Origin: Podarcis pityusensis
Taxonomy: Eukaryota
Length of the DNA: 64,000 nt
Strand: one strand, 5' to 3'
NCBI GenBank assembly: GCA_964106645.2
Contig: OZ067041.1
Part shown: one piece after another, positions 12,275-25,827 of the stretch
Layout: each line of letters begins with the position of its first letter
How positions within the stretch are numbered: position 1 is the stretch's first letter
The notes under the pieces: model-generated
Database searches by the model: none
Told to the model about the DNA's origin: nothing
Seen by the model: the letters and a program-made list of their open reading frames with translations, nothing else
Position numbers and translations under genes: made by a program

Positions 12275-13559
12275 AGTGTGTTGTTAGATGAACACTTTTT
12301 TGGGGGTAGGGAATTTGTACATTGTTCTTTTATTTTGAGTTGGTTTTTAATTGATTTTGTTTATAATTTTTATTTTTGTTTAAAGCAACAAACAAATGCA
12401 GTAAATAACATTTTTTCAGACCATGGAATGTGATTTAATGCCTTGGTTCTTCAGCATAATATTTATCAAGGGCATCTGGCTGTGCACAGAAGTAGACATG
12501 AGCTCTACCCACAGGTTTGCACGCAAAAGCAAATATGACATTTGAGGAAAGCAAGGGAGGGCCAGGAAATATGTAAAGAAGAGGACTAGTTCTCAGAAAT
12601 GACACGCTGCTTGCATCTGAAATATCACGCCTTTAAGATGCTTCTGGTGGGATGCAGATATCATTATTCATTTAAGAAAATGCTGGATCTTGTGCATGTG
12701 ACAGTATCTGAAGCATAGCACATCAGATTTAAAACCTCCATGTGAGCTTATCTTCAGTTCAAAAAGGGGAGGGAGAATGATAAGTAGAATCCTGTGTTGT
12801 TTTCTCCCGACATATTTTGAATTGAAGTTCTGAAGCTTCAGTTGTTTCAGACATTTTTGTGTGGCGCTGTGTCTGTGTTTCAAGCAGAGCAATTGGAGGA
12901 TTGCACTGTAAACAGATATAATTAAATGATTAACAGTCAGTGTCCATGATGTTTTTGCCTTCAGGGGCTTCCCCTTTTTCAGTTGAATTAGCCTTGCTAA
13001 TGTCAAAGGAAGTGATAACTCGAACCGCAGGCAATCTGTCTGTGCAGTTGTCAAATTTCTTGTTTCTGAATTCTGCAAATATGAAACCTGCAATCTTTTC
13101 AGAGACCTTTCTGCTCCAGTATTGCTAACACACACACACATTTTATATGCCACGAATCCTCAGGAGAGATGAGCGTCATCTTTATTTATCAGTCTTAATC
13201 AGAGTAGGTTTAGCAAATGCTCAAAACAAAGCAATTAACTTACAGCAGTGCAATAAATCTTACTCTGCTGGTGGGAGGATCAGAGAAAGGAAAACCCAAA
13301 GGTTGCCGCAGCAGCTTGCCTTGCTGTATTAGGTTCTCTCTGGTTCCTCAAAATTCTACCTGCTTTATTTATAGCCTTCAAGCAAACCAAGGGCTGCTTC
13401 TACACAACTTCTGTTTGTTTCAGTGAAGCCTGCAGATGAGCCTCATGCAAATGGAACTGAGTAGGAATTTGATGCCAGTCATTCTCCATGGACTGCGCCC
13501 ATCAGTCCTACCTAAAACCTCATCAGTGAAGCTGTTTAGCTTTTATTCATTTTGCCCAA

Positions 13560-13745
13560 ACTTGTTCAGCTTTTTTCTGCAAAATCGCAAAGAAATTGGA
13601 TGTTTCTGAGCTATTTCTGAGGAAAAATGCACTGCCAACATGGGCTGCCATACGTCCAGTTTCCCCAGACATTTAGTTGATTTCTGCCCAGACACTGCTT
13701 GTATTCCGGATATGTTTGGGAAATTCTGGACGTATGGCAACCCTA
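13560..13745. mobile_element. DNA transposon terminal remnant
   Basis: Internal inverted pair GGGCTGCCATACGTCCAG (about 13642) and CTGGACGTATGGCAACCC (about 13726). Confidence 0.45.
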
Positions 13746-15584
13746 GAACTACCCACATGTCAGATGGGGTCCTATTGTTTATAAGTCCAAAGAGAATGTC
13801 GCTCCTTTCCATCACCTGTTGCACTGTCTGTGTGGGGCTCATGAGGAATGTGCCTGTGGCCCTGCTGTTTCACCAGGTGTAGGGATTTCCACTTCTCGTT
13901 TGTAGACGCACGTTCTGAGTCACACCTCTTGATCACCAGGTGCACCACTGCAGTAAACCCTCAGATGTCAAACGGGAAACCTTCAAAGCAACTGTGGGAG
14001 GCAGTGGCATTTTTGTTCTTATTTTTCTCAAGCATTGTTGGCGTTGTTTTTAAGTGTACGCCAACTGAAAAGACACTGAGGTGATTATCTCCATAGGAAA
14101 TGTAGGAGCAGTGTGGCATTGCTTTGGGGTTTACTCCATCGTGAGTGAAGGGTGGGCATCTTGTTTGGCCCTCCATAATGCTGCTGAAGTCCTAACACCC
14201 ATAAGCACCTGCCAGTATGTCTAATAGTGATGGTAGGAGATGTAGTTCTGCAACATCTTGGAAGGCCACGGGTTACCTAACTGTGCTATTCAATTTCTCT
14301 TAATTCCTGGAGGTATACTACTCTTAGTTCCTATACCACTGAGAATGAGGCACGTTTACTCAGAACAAAGTCCCCAGTCATAAGTCTGCTTATGATTGAG
14401 CCCTAAATGATTAACTAGAGGAAAATAAGAGACTCAAAAGATTTTCCAGTTGCATCACTGTTTCTTAAAGATCTCCATAAGAAGAGAGTTATGCTAATGA
14501 AACCAGCTATTTATTTATTTTTTAATGTTAGTAGTACAGACCAATTCCATTTTATTCACAAGTTGAAAGATGCATTGTATAGTCCTCCACACATCGATAT
14601 CACTTTGGTTTCTCAACAACGTGGTTTACCAGCACCACCCACAAATTTGCTTGCACAAGGAAAGCTTACATGCCAGAATAAAAGTTGCTAGCCGAGCATT
14701 CCGTTGGAGTTGTAACTCTTCTCATACAAAGATGCTTTTATGTGGATACACTTTTCTGATTTGCATTCTGGGATAGTACAGTCACATGGAGGCCTGTAGC
14801 ACAGGTCCACCTTAACATCTATGTAACTATACACAAGGGAGAAAAGGGCAACCATTCTCACAGCCTCATGACCAAAGGGCAATTGGCGGGGGGAGTGCCA
14901 GGAGAAGACCCTGGCATTGACCCCTCAAACAGATCTATCAACTACCATTTTTTAATAGTTACATTTGCCTCTACCAGTCCATCTCTTGTAGGAATCATTA
15001 TAGTTTTATATATTCAACTTGACAGAATACCTCACAGAAAAAAGAAAATCCTGTCTCCTTATGAAGCAAAATTCTTGAAAACTAAAAGCTCACATTCCCT
15101 GACCAAATGTTTGTCTTAATAGAAGAAGTTGTACCTTGAGCTTAACATCTCCTTTCTGGACAGTTTCATCAAGAGCACTGAGGCTGTAGAAATAGGTAAG
15201 ATAGAGTTTCAGTTATTAAGGGTTGCAGCTAAGACCTTTTGTTCTTGTGGTTACTTTTTGTTTCCTAACCAGTTGAGTGCTAACTTGTTCATCAATAAGC
15301 AGCCTCTTGTTCCTGTCTTGTAAGAACGTAACATAGGCGAGCAAGGAGAAAACAGTGATGGGAAGTCTCATCCTGACTGCTTCAATCATAGAGGGAAACA
15401 TTGGTAACATTTACTTGCTAAATTGTGCTTGAAAATGTGGCTTGATCAGTTTCAAAGTGGATCAGAAATGAAAAAGAAAGACATTCTGGGGAGACAGGAC
15501 ATTTTGGAAGAGATACTATAAAATAAAACGTACACAACATTTTTAAACATTGTAAAATGTACCAGTTTATTTTACAAACTGTTT

Positions 15585-15990
15585 ATTTTAACTATTTATA
15601 TACTGCTTTGCTAAATAGTCTATAAGCAATATACTGCTTTGCTAAATAGTCTCTAAGCAATTGACAAAGTTTCAGTAAAAAACAAAAAATATATAGTTAA
15701 AACTATAAAAACAAACTACAATTAAAATGGCTGCTGGAATAACAAAGTCTTTAATAGGCACCAGAAATTCACTAGGGAGGGGGCCTGTATGACCATAACT
15801 GGAAGGGAAATCCATAAAATTGGGTCCATAATGCTAAACACACAGCTCCTGGTGGGTACAAACCATGCATCCAAGTCACTACCTCCAAGAGCTCAGTGAT
15901 CAGGCAGAAATATAAGGGATTAGGCAACCCTTGGAAGTACCCTGGAGCCAAATTGCTAAGGGTCTTGTGAATTAATACAAGAACTTTGAA
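15585..15990 (-). mobile_element. Degenerate L2 3' fragment containing a 31-bp tandem duplication
   Basis: L2-like AGGGAAATCCATAA..GGGTCC, GGAAGTACCCTGGAGCCAAATTGCTAAGGG; ATATACTGCTTTGCTAAATAGTCT(A/C)TAAGCA twice at 15598-15659. Confidence 0.5.
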
Positions 15991-17559
15991 CTATGAGGTA
16001 TGCCTCTGAGAGCATGCACTTACTGGAATTAATTTTTATTTGGGAACAAGTGATTAGTCCTGTTCATATCTCAGAGATAAGTGCTGAGAGGTTGCTGTTC
16101 TTTCTGCTGAAATCCAAGAGACAAATTGCTATGTACAGTATGTGAACTGTTACCTTCCTTTGAGATTAGCTATGGCTCATACATATATAAAACATCTAAT
16201 TGAAACTATCCACATATCTAAAATTTAATTATGCTCACTTTTTTTCCTTGTACCATATATTGCCCCCATACCTATTGCCGAAAAGGAAAGCACTTACAAA
16301 ATTCCCATAGATTACTGAAATGCTCCAACCCATCATTTGTGAATTATAGGTGTAGATTCGTAGGAATTTGAACAAAGTTTGGGCTTTCTTAAGAGGATTT
16401 GGAGCTGTGCAAGAGTTGAGCATATGCTTATACAGAATAACAGAGCCCAGGTTGTCACAATGTGGGGAGCAGGCTACCCACTTCTGCATCGCCAAAAAAA
16501 GAGGAAATGCATCATTAGAAAAGAGGGCACAGATCCGCATACAATTTGCTTATATAAGAATCTCCCCCCCCCCCTTTTCGGGTACTTTTCTGGGTAGCCA
16601 CATGCCCGAGGTGGGCAGGGCCAGAGGCAAAAATGAGCAGAGCAATGAATGTTAATTTTAGCTTTTTACAGTAAGCTAGTTTCTATATACCGTCACAAAC
16701 CCCTCTTTCTCTTCCACTCAGGCAAGCAAGGACACTTTCCAGTTCAAGGGCATATTTCAGCCAGGCAAAAACGCTCCTGGAAATGCAAAACAGGGCCAAA
16801 GAAAAGTGGGGCCTAGGAAGAGAGGTCCAGATACAGAGGCCTGGAGAGCATATGAAAATAATTATCTTAATTAAAAAATAAATACAATACATTACATCAT
16901 AGTGGGGAAGACTGTGACCAGATGACTTCAAGGCTCCTGTTCTTCTATCTTATGGTACTTTTTACTGGACTTGGGACTGGACAGCCTTTCAGATTGAGGA
17001 TTGCCCACTGTAAAGCAGGCCACATGGTCACTCTAATAGGGAGGCTAGGGAATGTAATACACCCTATGAAAATAGAGCCGAAAAAACAGCCCTATCATTA
17101 GGCAGGGTGAGGCAGTCTGTGTCAGGCGGCAGATCTGGGGCATGAAATTGCACACTGACAATTAGTTTATTACAATGTTTTAAAACTTCAGGAGATGACA
17201 TCATGTTTTTGTTTCAGGCGTCGTAAAGTACAGTAAGTGGTGCCTTTCTCCTGAAGGCAACATTCCTGCAGGGGGGAAAATCATTTGCTGGTGTGCTGTA
17301 GAGCACAATTACTGTCTCTGACCCTGTGCCAAACAAATGGAGCTCCAGAACAAGGCTGGAAGACTCATGGTGCAGCAACTTCGCTAAAACTACACTGGGC
17401 TTCTGTGTGGCTGGATGGGAAACCACTGGGAATCCCAAAGATGCTATAATTAGTTTCACAGAATAAAGGTGAAATGTAAGTTTTAATACGTAATATAGAG
17501 GTCTTTCTTACTCCACTCTTCACTATATAATCCCCCAGTGGGTTACAACCATACAACCT

Positions 17560-18022
17560 TAAAACCCAATAAAACAATTTAAAACAAGCCAGCAAACAAC
17601 AGAGGTGGTCCCACAAATCTGAAGTGTCAGAGAAATAACAGAAACTGAATAAGGATGCCTGATGCATCTTGGTGGGGAAGGAGTTCTACACATTGGGAGC
17701 TGCCCTTTCCTAGACTGCCATCCCCCATGTTTCCAAGGGCTGTGGAACTACTAATAGGACTCTCTCTGCCAATCTTAACACCCGAAAGGTTCTGTAGGGA
17801 AGCCCTTTAGATATTTGAGGCCTATGTCATTTAGCGCTTTTAACACCAATGTAAACACCTTGAATTGGGGCCGGACCCTCACTGGCAAGCAGTGCAGCTG
17901 TTTCTAAACAGGGACAATGTGCATTATAAATGAAAACTTGGCCAGCTGTGTTTTGGACTAGTTGACATTTCTGAACCTTCTTCAAGGGCAGTCCCATGTA
18001 GAGCACATTGCAATAATCCAAT
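17560..18022 (-). mobile_element. L2 LINE ORF2 3' fragment
   Basis: ORF 17827-18021 translates DYCNVLYMGLPLKKVQKCQLVQNTA, the L2 RLDYCNSL..GLP..LQ.VQN.AA motif. Confidence 0.8.
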
Positions 18023-18718
18023 GTATTTTAGTACCATGTGACTTAAGTACCAGCAGCTCCCCAAAGTTTTGTGTGGAGGCCCTTCCTAGCCCTGGCACCT
18101 GAAATTTCTAGCTTAGGAATGATGAACTTGGGACACTTGAGATACTTGTAGGAGTTGAAGGCCTACAAATTCTGGACGGCTACAGGTTCCTCATCCTTGT
18201 TTTAATGAGCCAAGGACTGAACTTGGGAAGTAGATGTTCTGTGTCTGAGCTGAAGCTGCTCCTCAAGTGCATTCCAATTCTCCACGTAATTTGCAGAAAA
18301 TGCTTTATTAAGCACATTGCCACAATACTATTCAGTGTGCTGAAACTTTGCAAAAAGCTACAAGCAGCACTTTGTGTGTGACAAGCATTCACTTCCAAGG
18401 TCCACAGAGGGAGAGGCAGAAATGTAACATTTGGGATTGAAACATTAATGAGAGCTTTCACTGTCCATCATCATTTCAGTGCTGGTGGCAGCGTCACAGC
18501 GGGAAAAATGACTGTCCTCTCCAAATGACAGGTTACAAACAGTGAGTGACAGCATAAGCTTCTTCAAATCAGTGGGGTGGGAAAATGCTCCTCCACCGAA
18601 GCTTATCACGAGATGAAAGGCTACAGCAAAAATTTGCCCACACTTCATTAATATAACCATGAAGCTTGATCATATATTTGGACCTGTGTGACAAGTATTC
18701 TATCACAAATCTCTACCT

Positions 18719-18858
18719 CAGCCTTCCCCAACCTGGTGCCCTCCAGACATCATTGGACTCCAACTCCCATCCGCCCCAGCCAGTATGACCAGTAGTCAGA
18801 ATTTATGGGAGATGTACTCCACTAGCAACATCTGGAGGGCACTAGTTTGGGAAAAGCT
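18719..18858. mobile_element. Degenerate palindromic hAT-type MITE
   Basis: CCCCAACCTGGTGCCCTCCAGA...CATCTGGAGGGCACTAGTTTGGG inverted arms; related to 34015-34150. Confidence 0.7.
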
Positions 18859-18917
18859 CCTCTAACCATTCAGACTAGGGATCCTACTATGTGCTAAGAC
18901 CAAAGGCCATTTCAGAC

Positions 18918-19035
18918 TATTATTATTATAATTTATTATTTGTACCCCGCCCATCTGGCTGGGTTTCCCCAGCCACTCTGGGCAGCTTCCAACAAAGATT
19001 AAAAATACATTAAAATGTCACACACTAAAAACTTC
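18918..19035 (-). mobile_element. L2 3' tail fragment
   Basis: CCCCGCCCATCTGGCTGGGTTTCCCCAGCCACTCTGGGCAGCTTCCAACA is the reverse complement of the L2 end at about 12160-12208. Confidence 0.8.
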
Positions 19036-19379
19036 TCCATGCGCTATGCTCTCTGATTCTTCTCACATTCTTTTGCAGTACTCCTTTAAACTGTGCATTC
19101 AGTGTTCTGCCTAAACTTGTGGAACTCCTTCTTTCCTGAGATTAGACAGCCACCCACTTTGCTGAACTTCAGGGGTATCACAGAAACTTTCTTGTTCCAT
19201 CAGGCATTTTAAGGTAGCGTTTGGTTTTATGATAACTTTCCATTATTTTATTCTCTTTATGGTTCGCTTTTATGCATACCAGTTAGAAATGCTAATGATT
19301 AAATTTGTTTCACAAACAATCAATTTAGTAAAACACCGCTTGGTAATAATATTCCTTGGTTTCTGCACCACAATACATT

Positions 19380-19830
19380 GTAGAAGGCGGGCATTGAGTG
19401 TCACTGGTCCCATGGTATGGAGCAGCCTTCTAGCAGAGATTTGACAGACATCCTCGCTTTTGACTTTCAAGTGTCTCTTGAAGAACTTTTTATACTATAT
19501 GAAAAAAGGTTTACAATTGCGTAAAAGCCTAATGGTAAGGATTTGCTGAACTAACAAACTGAACTGGAATACAAAAAAGGGAGGTATGAGGAGGTCCGGG
19601 GAAATAAGTGTAGGGAAGATAGGTTATGGAAAATTAATGTCTTTTTAACTGTTTTATTTTGTATGTTTCTTTTTTATTCCTTACTTTTCTGTTATATTTT
19701 AAAAACTTTATTCTTTTTTCTGTATTTTGTATTTCTTGTATTTTTTGAAACTTTAATAAATATCATTTTTTTAAAAAAATGAAGAACTATTTATACTGAC
19801 AGGCCTTTGCAGCTGCTTGATTTTTGTTTT
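19380..19830 (+). mobile_element. Old L2 3' coding end, split by an L1 insertion
   Basis: RRALSVTGPMVWSSLLAEI..LTFKCLLK, resuming after 19797 with GACAGGCCTTT (L2 RAFS..P..WN.LP..FK..LKT.LF..AF pattern). Confidence 0.65.
19497..19780 (+). mobile_element. Heavily 5'-truncated L1 (3' UTR only)
   Basis: 17-bp TSD GAAGAACT(T/A)TTTATACT at 19480-19496 and 19781-19797; TGCTGAAC..ACTGGAATACAAA..AGGGAGGT.TGAGGA matches the reverse complement of the L1 3' UTR at about 56960-57030; AATAAA and A-rich end. Confidence 0.85.
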
Positions 19831-19889
19831 CAGTTAGCCATTCACCTTAATGATTATCTGCATTTTTTAAAAAAATGTGTTTTTTTTAT

Positions 19890-20042
19890 CCCAGTTGCTG
19901 GAAGCCACCAGAGGGGAGAGTGCTCTTATGCTCAGGTCCTGCTTAGTGATTTCCCACAGGCATCTGGTTGGCCACAGTGAGGACAGGATGCTGGAATAGA
20001 TGGACCATTAGCCTGATCCAGAAGGCTCTTCTTATGGTCTTA
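19890..20042 (+). mobile_element. CR1-type LINE 3' end
   Basis: GGCATCTGGTTGGCCAC.GTGAG.ACAGGATGCTGGA.TAGATGGACCATT..CCTGATCCAG..GGCTCTTCTTATG; second copy at 59065-59225. Confidence 0.65.
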
Positions 20043-21620
20043 ACATTTGTTGTGCACCGCCTTGATATTTTATGATATTGTGGTATGGTAATACTTTTAT
20101 AAATACTTAAAACAGGACTTTATTGGAGATAAAATCCTTATGCAAGATTATATTTTGAAAATGTTTAGGGTATCAGCAGGGAATCCCAATGCAATATAAT
20201 ACCTTGAAATTGTTAGCTTATCAGTGGAAGTACACTTTTAAAGAATCAGTTAGTTTACACACTGTAGAAAGGAACCCAAAAAGCATTTTAAACCCTACGA
20301 ACCAGCTCTCCTATTTCCCCCTCACAAGAAGTCCTTTATTTATGAATAGATTTGGCACGGGTGAGAAGTCGTTATTCTGATTATTCTCCAAAGTTTGACG
20401 AACATCTTCCTTTCCAGTCCTTCATGATTCTAAGGGTTCTAAAGAAAAGAAGCTTGAGTGAACAAAAACTTAGCTGACGTAAGGAATTGCATAAGGAAAT
20501 AACTTTCCAAGTATCCGAGAATGCTCCATTAATGTTTCATTCCCATGTGGTACATATTTCTATTGCTTTCTGTGAATAAGTGCACATTTTCCCTCCCAAA
20601 CATTTACAGGAAAAGGAAGCATTGCTGATGTTACTAATCTGGGCCTTGACTCCCCCCTTCCCATTAGACAGGACTCCCAACTACGACTAAAACTACGTCA
20701 CTCGGAAACACAATCGTCTTTCCACTGGTTGAGAATCTGAAACTTCAGGGGGGGAAAGCTTTACCTTCATGCAATACTTCCAGTAGCCTTATAAGGGCAC
20801 GAGTACTTTCTGTTGAGCAACAACTTTCTTATGTGGAATGTTATTTCTGTCTCATGTAAAAATACTGGCACATTCTAGCCAAACGACTAGCAGCTTTTCA
20901 GAGTAATTCAGAGGCTTAAGTTATACAGACTCCCTCTGCTCTGAAAACAGACTTCAGATAAGGCAGGAACCTGGTAAACCTTTAAGCTTAATAAATAATC
21001 TATGCTAAGCACAGTAATTTGAGGACAGGAATTCACCAGTACTATATTACGTATTTAAAAGATGACACTTTTTAAAAAAGCAATGGGGGTTAGTGACTGT
21101 ACTTTGTCCAACAGATTAACCAAGACAATCCCATCAGTTTAAATTACACTTAACACTGAGCTCTGAAAAACTGCAAAAAGTGAATAGAAGTGACATGATT
21201 CAGCCTATTCCAGAATGGTTATCTGAATCCAGAGGATTCAGAGCAAAATCCAGAGGAAAGCAAACAGACCTAAACCCTGCTGAAACTTGAATCAGCTCCT
21301 AGGTCACCAGAACTGAACTACAAGCCCTTTTGTAACATCAGCTACCAAAGGCTGGTGTTGTGTGACGGCCACATTGCCTATGAGATTTGCATGGCCCGTT
21401 TCGCAAACCCTCCTGATGTTGTGGGCTGCAGCTCCCAACCAGCACAGCTGGAAGGCACCAACTTGGTGAAAACTGTCATAGAATGCAAACTCAGCTCACA
21501 TGGGGCAGTCTTGGGCTGCAGCATCACTGTAAATCCAAAGAGGTCCTAGGACACATTGTTCTGAGATCATGAATATCCAAGGAAAAGGTCACATGACTAA
21601 AACGAACAAGGTTTAGAATA

Positions 21621-21846
21621 CAGTGCTACCTCAGGTTACATACACTTCAGGTTACAGACTCCGCTAACCCAGAAATAATGCTTCAGGTTAAGAACTTTGC
21701 TTCTGGATGAGAACAGAAATCGTGCTCCAGCGGCGCGGCGGCAGTGGGAGGCCCCATTAGCTAAAGTGGTGCTTCAGGTTAAGAACAGTTTCAGGTTAAG
21801 AACGGGCCTCCGGAACGAATTAAGTACTTAACCCGAGGTACCACTG
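21621..21846. mobile_element. Tc1/mariner (pogo/Tigger-like) MITE
   Basis: TIRs CAGTGCTACCTC / GAGGTACCACTG, TA on both sides (21619-21620, 21847-21848); same family as 26905-27124 in opposite orientation. Confidence 0.88.
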
Positions 21847-22071
21847 TATTTGTAAACCTCATCTTGTCCTTTCTTGCCTCTGGTACTCCCCCCAAATGCC
21901 CCTTTGCGGGGACTTACACCAGCATAAATTACAGCATTTTAAGATACGCCAGTTGATTCCCAGCTGTGCCAGGGTGAGGGACTTGCTCTGGCGAAAAGCC
22001 CAAGATCCACCAAATCCAAACCCTCTCACCCTGGTCAATACTGGGTGTGGATTGTGCTGTTACACTACTTA

Positions 22072-22218
22072 GGGCAAGGATAGAAAAGCAAGTGGGTCTC
22101 TAGACATTGTTGGACCAATGCTTCCATTATCCCTGACTATTGCCCATGCTGGCAATGCTGTGACTGATGGGAGTTGGAGTCCCATAACATCTGGAGTACC
22201 ACAGGTTCCTCATCCCTG
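22072..22218. mobile_element. Degenerate palindromic hAT-type MITE
   Basis: CCCATTATCCCTGAC...GATGGGAGTTGGAGTCCCATAACATCTGGAG..CACAGGTTCCTCATCCCTG. Confidence 0.6.
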
Positions 22219-22609
22219 ATTTAGAACCTTAAAGATAAAAGCCAATTGGGTCCGGGGGGGGGGGGAACCAATGAAGAAAACACACCACTGAAATAACCCA
22301 CACTATTTGCTTTCCTCTAATTGACAGTCTCTTGGCTGCAATCTAAGCCGGTATAACAGACTTCATAGGCAGGCCCATGTAGAGCTTATTAGAATAGTAT
22401 AACCAGGAAGGCATAATGGCAGTGTCCAGGCCTGTCATCTTTGAGATATAACCATGAGATGCCAACAAGTATAAAACATTTTAGAGCTTTAAAAATGGAC
22501 GTTCAAAATGTGAATTCAGATTTTGCTTGTTAATAAAGTAAACAAAAATGGAAATTCTGTCGGATTTTGAGTATTTGCAAAAACTTGGTTCAGCTTTATT
22601 GTGCATTCA

Positions 22610-23000
22610 GTTATTTATTTATTTACGTCATGTAGATCCCACACCTTCAACATAAATTCATGTTCCAAGGGCAGCTAACAGAGTAGTAAGAAACAAAAAG
22701 GTCAATAATATTACAAAGTAATACAACAAATTAAAACAAACTAAAAAAAGGTAACAGGCCATTCAAGTAGACAGTAAAATCAAAGTGATTTAAGTGGAAA
22801 ATGCTTACTTGCACTAGCAGTTCCTAAAAGCCTAGGTAAACTAATGTTTTTACCTGGCACCTAATGATAGTAATGAGATCTATAGGTGAGCCTTCTCAGG
22901 TAGGGCATTCCAAAGGTGAAGAGCCATCACAGAAAAGGCTCTCTCTTTCCTGTCACTACCCACAACACTGCACTCAGTGGGGATACCAAGAAAAAGATCT
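22610..23000 (-). mobile_element. Degenerate L2 3' fragment
   Basis: TTATTTATT tail; GGTAGGGCATTCCAAAGGTGAAGAGCCATCACAGAAAAGGCTCT is the reverse of RAFSVMALHLWNAL. Confidence 0.65.
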
Positions 23001-25034
23001 CAATATATCCTATTGATTACAACAGCACCAGAATGTGATTGTTTTGGACTTCAGCCAATAGAACTTTGTATTTTCATTAAAGCAGGCTATGGAATAAATT
23101 GGACGGCTCATTATTCTGAAGCTGATAGGATTAAATCGTAGAGATTAACCATGTCACAAATTGAGGGCAGAAATGTTCTTTCTTGTTTGTTATCCTGCTG
23201 TTGTCTTGCAACATTCCTATAGCAAAAAATCTCTGCTCATTTCTTAAGGGGGGAAAAGACTACATTGCCCTAGAAATGTCATATTTGGAAAATAGGGTTG
23301 AGGATAATTTTAAACACAGCATTTGTTTTCGGCTAAAGCAGACATTCGGAATCAGCAACATCAGAGTTGCAGCCTTAAAGTTTAGGGTGGTTCTCATTTT
23401 CTCACTTCCTTTCTCTCCCTCCTTTAATTATTTGTGTGCTGTAAGTTCAAAGTGGAGTCTTTCACTTAATCACACAGTGCAGAGCAGTGACTCTACAGCT
23501 CTGGTTCACTGAACTCTGTTAAAGTCTGTGACTAACGGCCAGACCATATGATCCTGCATATGTGGGTGGTAAACTGCCACACATTCTGGTCAGTAAATGA
23601 GAAAAGAAGGGAACAGCAACTGCTGGGAAAGATGGATTGCTTAAAAAGTCTGGCAAACTTGTTTTTAAATTGAAGGATGCCTCGTTCCTGGGCACACTTC
23701 TAGGAGATAAAACAACCACACCTGTCTGACATGGCTGGATAACGTTCCTTTTAATAGCTGTGATGTAGTTCTCGGGTCAAAAATACATCAGAATGCTCTT
23801 TAAAATGAGTGGGGGTATCCAGCTAAACAGTTAAGTGTTTTAGCTGCACAATGGAACTTGCTCACCCTCTGCTATCTCCATGTGTCTTGCTGGTGCAGAA
23901 CACAGCAGCTAGGTTGCTTTTGGGGGGAAACTACCACCAGAATATAACACTTTGCTTGTGGGATTTGCCCTAACTTACAAGGCCAGGACCAGACTTCTGG
24001 GGAGACCACCTTAACCCTTATAGGTCAATGCGGTCTACACAAGAGGTTCTCCTGCAAGCTCCAACGATACCATAACTCAGAGCAGAGCTTTTAGTTGGCC
24101 GCCCCATTCTGAGGAGTAGCATTCATGTTGAGATTCAGCTCGTAACCACTATCTGCATGTATGGGAAACAACTGAAGGCAGTCTTACTGTGAAGAGCCTT
24201 CCTAGCAAGATGAATGGGTCTCTGCCATGGGTGTCTATTTTGGATTGTTGTGGGTATATGATATTTTCTGATTTGTTCTTAGCAGTGCTGTACCTGTTTT
24301 CATTGTATATCCCCATGAGCTGTGTGGAAGACAGATGATAGATAAATAAACAGTCAATTCTAGGGGTCTCACCAACCCCCTACAGCAGATTTATGGGGTG
24401 CTGTGGTGAGGGCAGGGAAGTCCCATTGTGCAGCCGAAACGTCTAATGCTAGTGGAACTGTTTAGTTGCATACGAGCCAATATTTTGCAAAAAACCCCAC
24501 CAACCTAGATAGAAATGAGCATTTTGAGAGAAAATACATTGCACTTTAAGCAAGCATTTAAATGATTTTCTTTCATGCAGATTAATATGGAAGCAAAATA
24601 GAAAGGACTTTTAAGGGAACAGTGACACAGATCATAAATAAACTGATCTGTCTGCCACCATGTCTGTTTAATACTACAAATGGTATGAATGCAAATGACG
24701 TGCACTTCCTCCTCCACTGGAAAAGCTAAGTGAGGAGAAGCACTTTCTCAAGTCACTCCTGGAGGCGTTGTCTCTGCCTATGTGCTGCCTGATGGTTGGT
24801 GCTCCAGCTTCCTTGGTTATATCCCTTCAGGCCACAGCTGTGTGGGAGGCATATGTCTGTGCCTGCAGAGCAATTGGACACCCAAATGCCCAGCCGTCAC
24901 AAAGGCAGAGAAACATCTCCACTGCCTATTTTCAGACAGAGAGGGAATAGTGCGGTGTAGTGGTTGCAGCAGAGTCCAGTGGGCATATTTGGAGTTTTGA
25001 GAAAGGTCTGTGGGTGTCAGTCACAAAATGGCTA

Positions 25035-25498
25035 TCACATATAAATTCAAAGTGCTGGTTTTGACCTATAAAGCCTTAAACGGCTCAGGACCTCAATACC
25101 TCAAGGACCGCCTTGTTCCATATGAATCTACCTGGACCCTGAGATCATCTTGAGGCCCTTCTTTATGTGCCTTCTCCTCAAGAGGTCCAGAAGGTGGAAA
25201 CACGAGAACGGGCCTTCTCTGCAATGGCTCCCTAGCTATGGAATGTTCTCCCTACGGAAGTTCGCCTAGTGCCTTCATTATACACCTTCAGGCGCCAAGC
25301 AAAAATGTTCCTTTTAAACTATGCCTTTAGTTGACCTGATTGACATCCTATACCCTTTTAAAATGTGGCTCTCTTTGTGGGGGTGTTATTGGGTTCTTGT
25401 TCTTATTTTGATTTTATATATTGTGATCTTTTCTGTGAACCACCCTGAGGCCTCCGGGTATAGGGTGGCATATAAATTCGATAAATAAAATAAATAAA
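25035..25498 (+). mobile_element. L2 LINE 3' fragment
   Basis: TTCAAAGTGCTGGTTTTGACCTATAAAGCCTTAAACGGCTCAGGACCTCAATACCTCAAGGACCGCC (FKVLVLTYKALNGSGPQYLKDR); 3' UTR and (AAAT)n tail. Confidence 0.85.
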
Positions 25499-25827
25499 CA
25501 CAAAAGAGCTGAAAAGGAATTCATACCACAAAATGGTACCTGCATCCACTCCCCATTGCTAAAAAAAATGTCCCCCATGTCACCCCATGCTTTTTCACAA
25601 ACAGAAGTTCCTTGTACCTCTCCTCTATTCAGACCCAAATCCTGGAATCCAATGAAATGTGAGTATGTTTAAGGAGGTGTGTTCAGTGCAGAAGAGGCAG
25701 AAGCAATGCAAAGAGGAAGTGAACAGGAAGAGCAAACTGTCTCTTGTCCACTGTGAATTTCTAAGGGGATATTTACCAAGACTTTTTGTAGGTGCCACAC
25801 TTGGTGCTATTGGGCAAACCGATACCC

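Noticed and set aside
15598-15659. 31-bp tandem duplication, and similar ones near 36655, 38905, 44422 and 55405
   Set aside because: Ordinary slippage or repair duplications with no sign of function.
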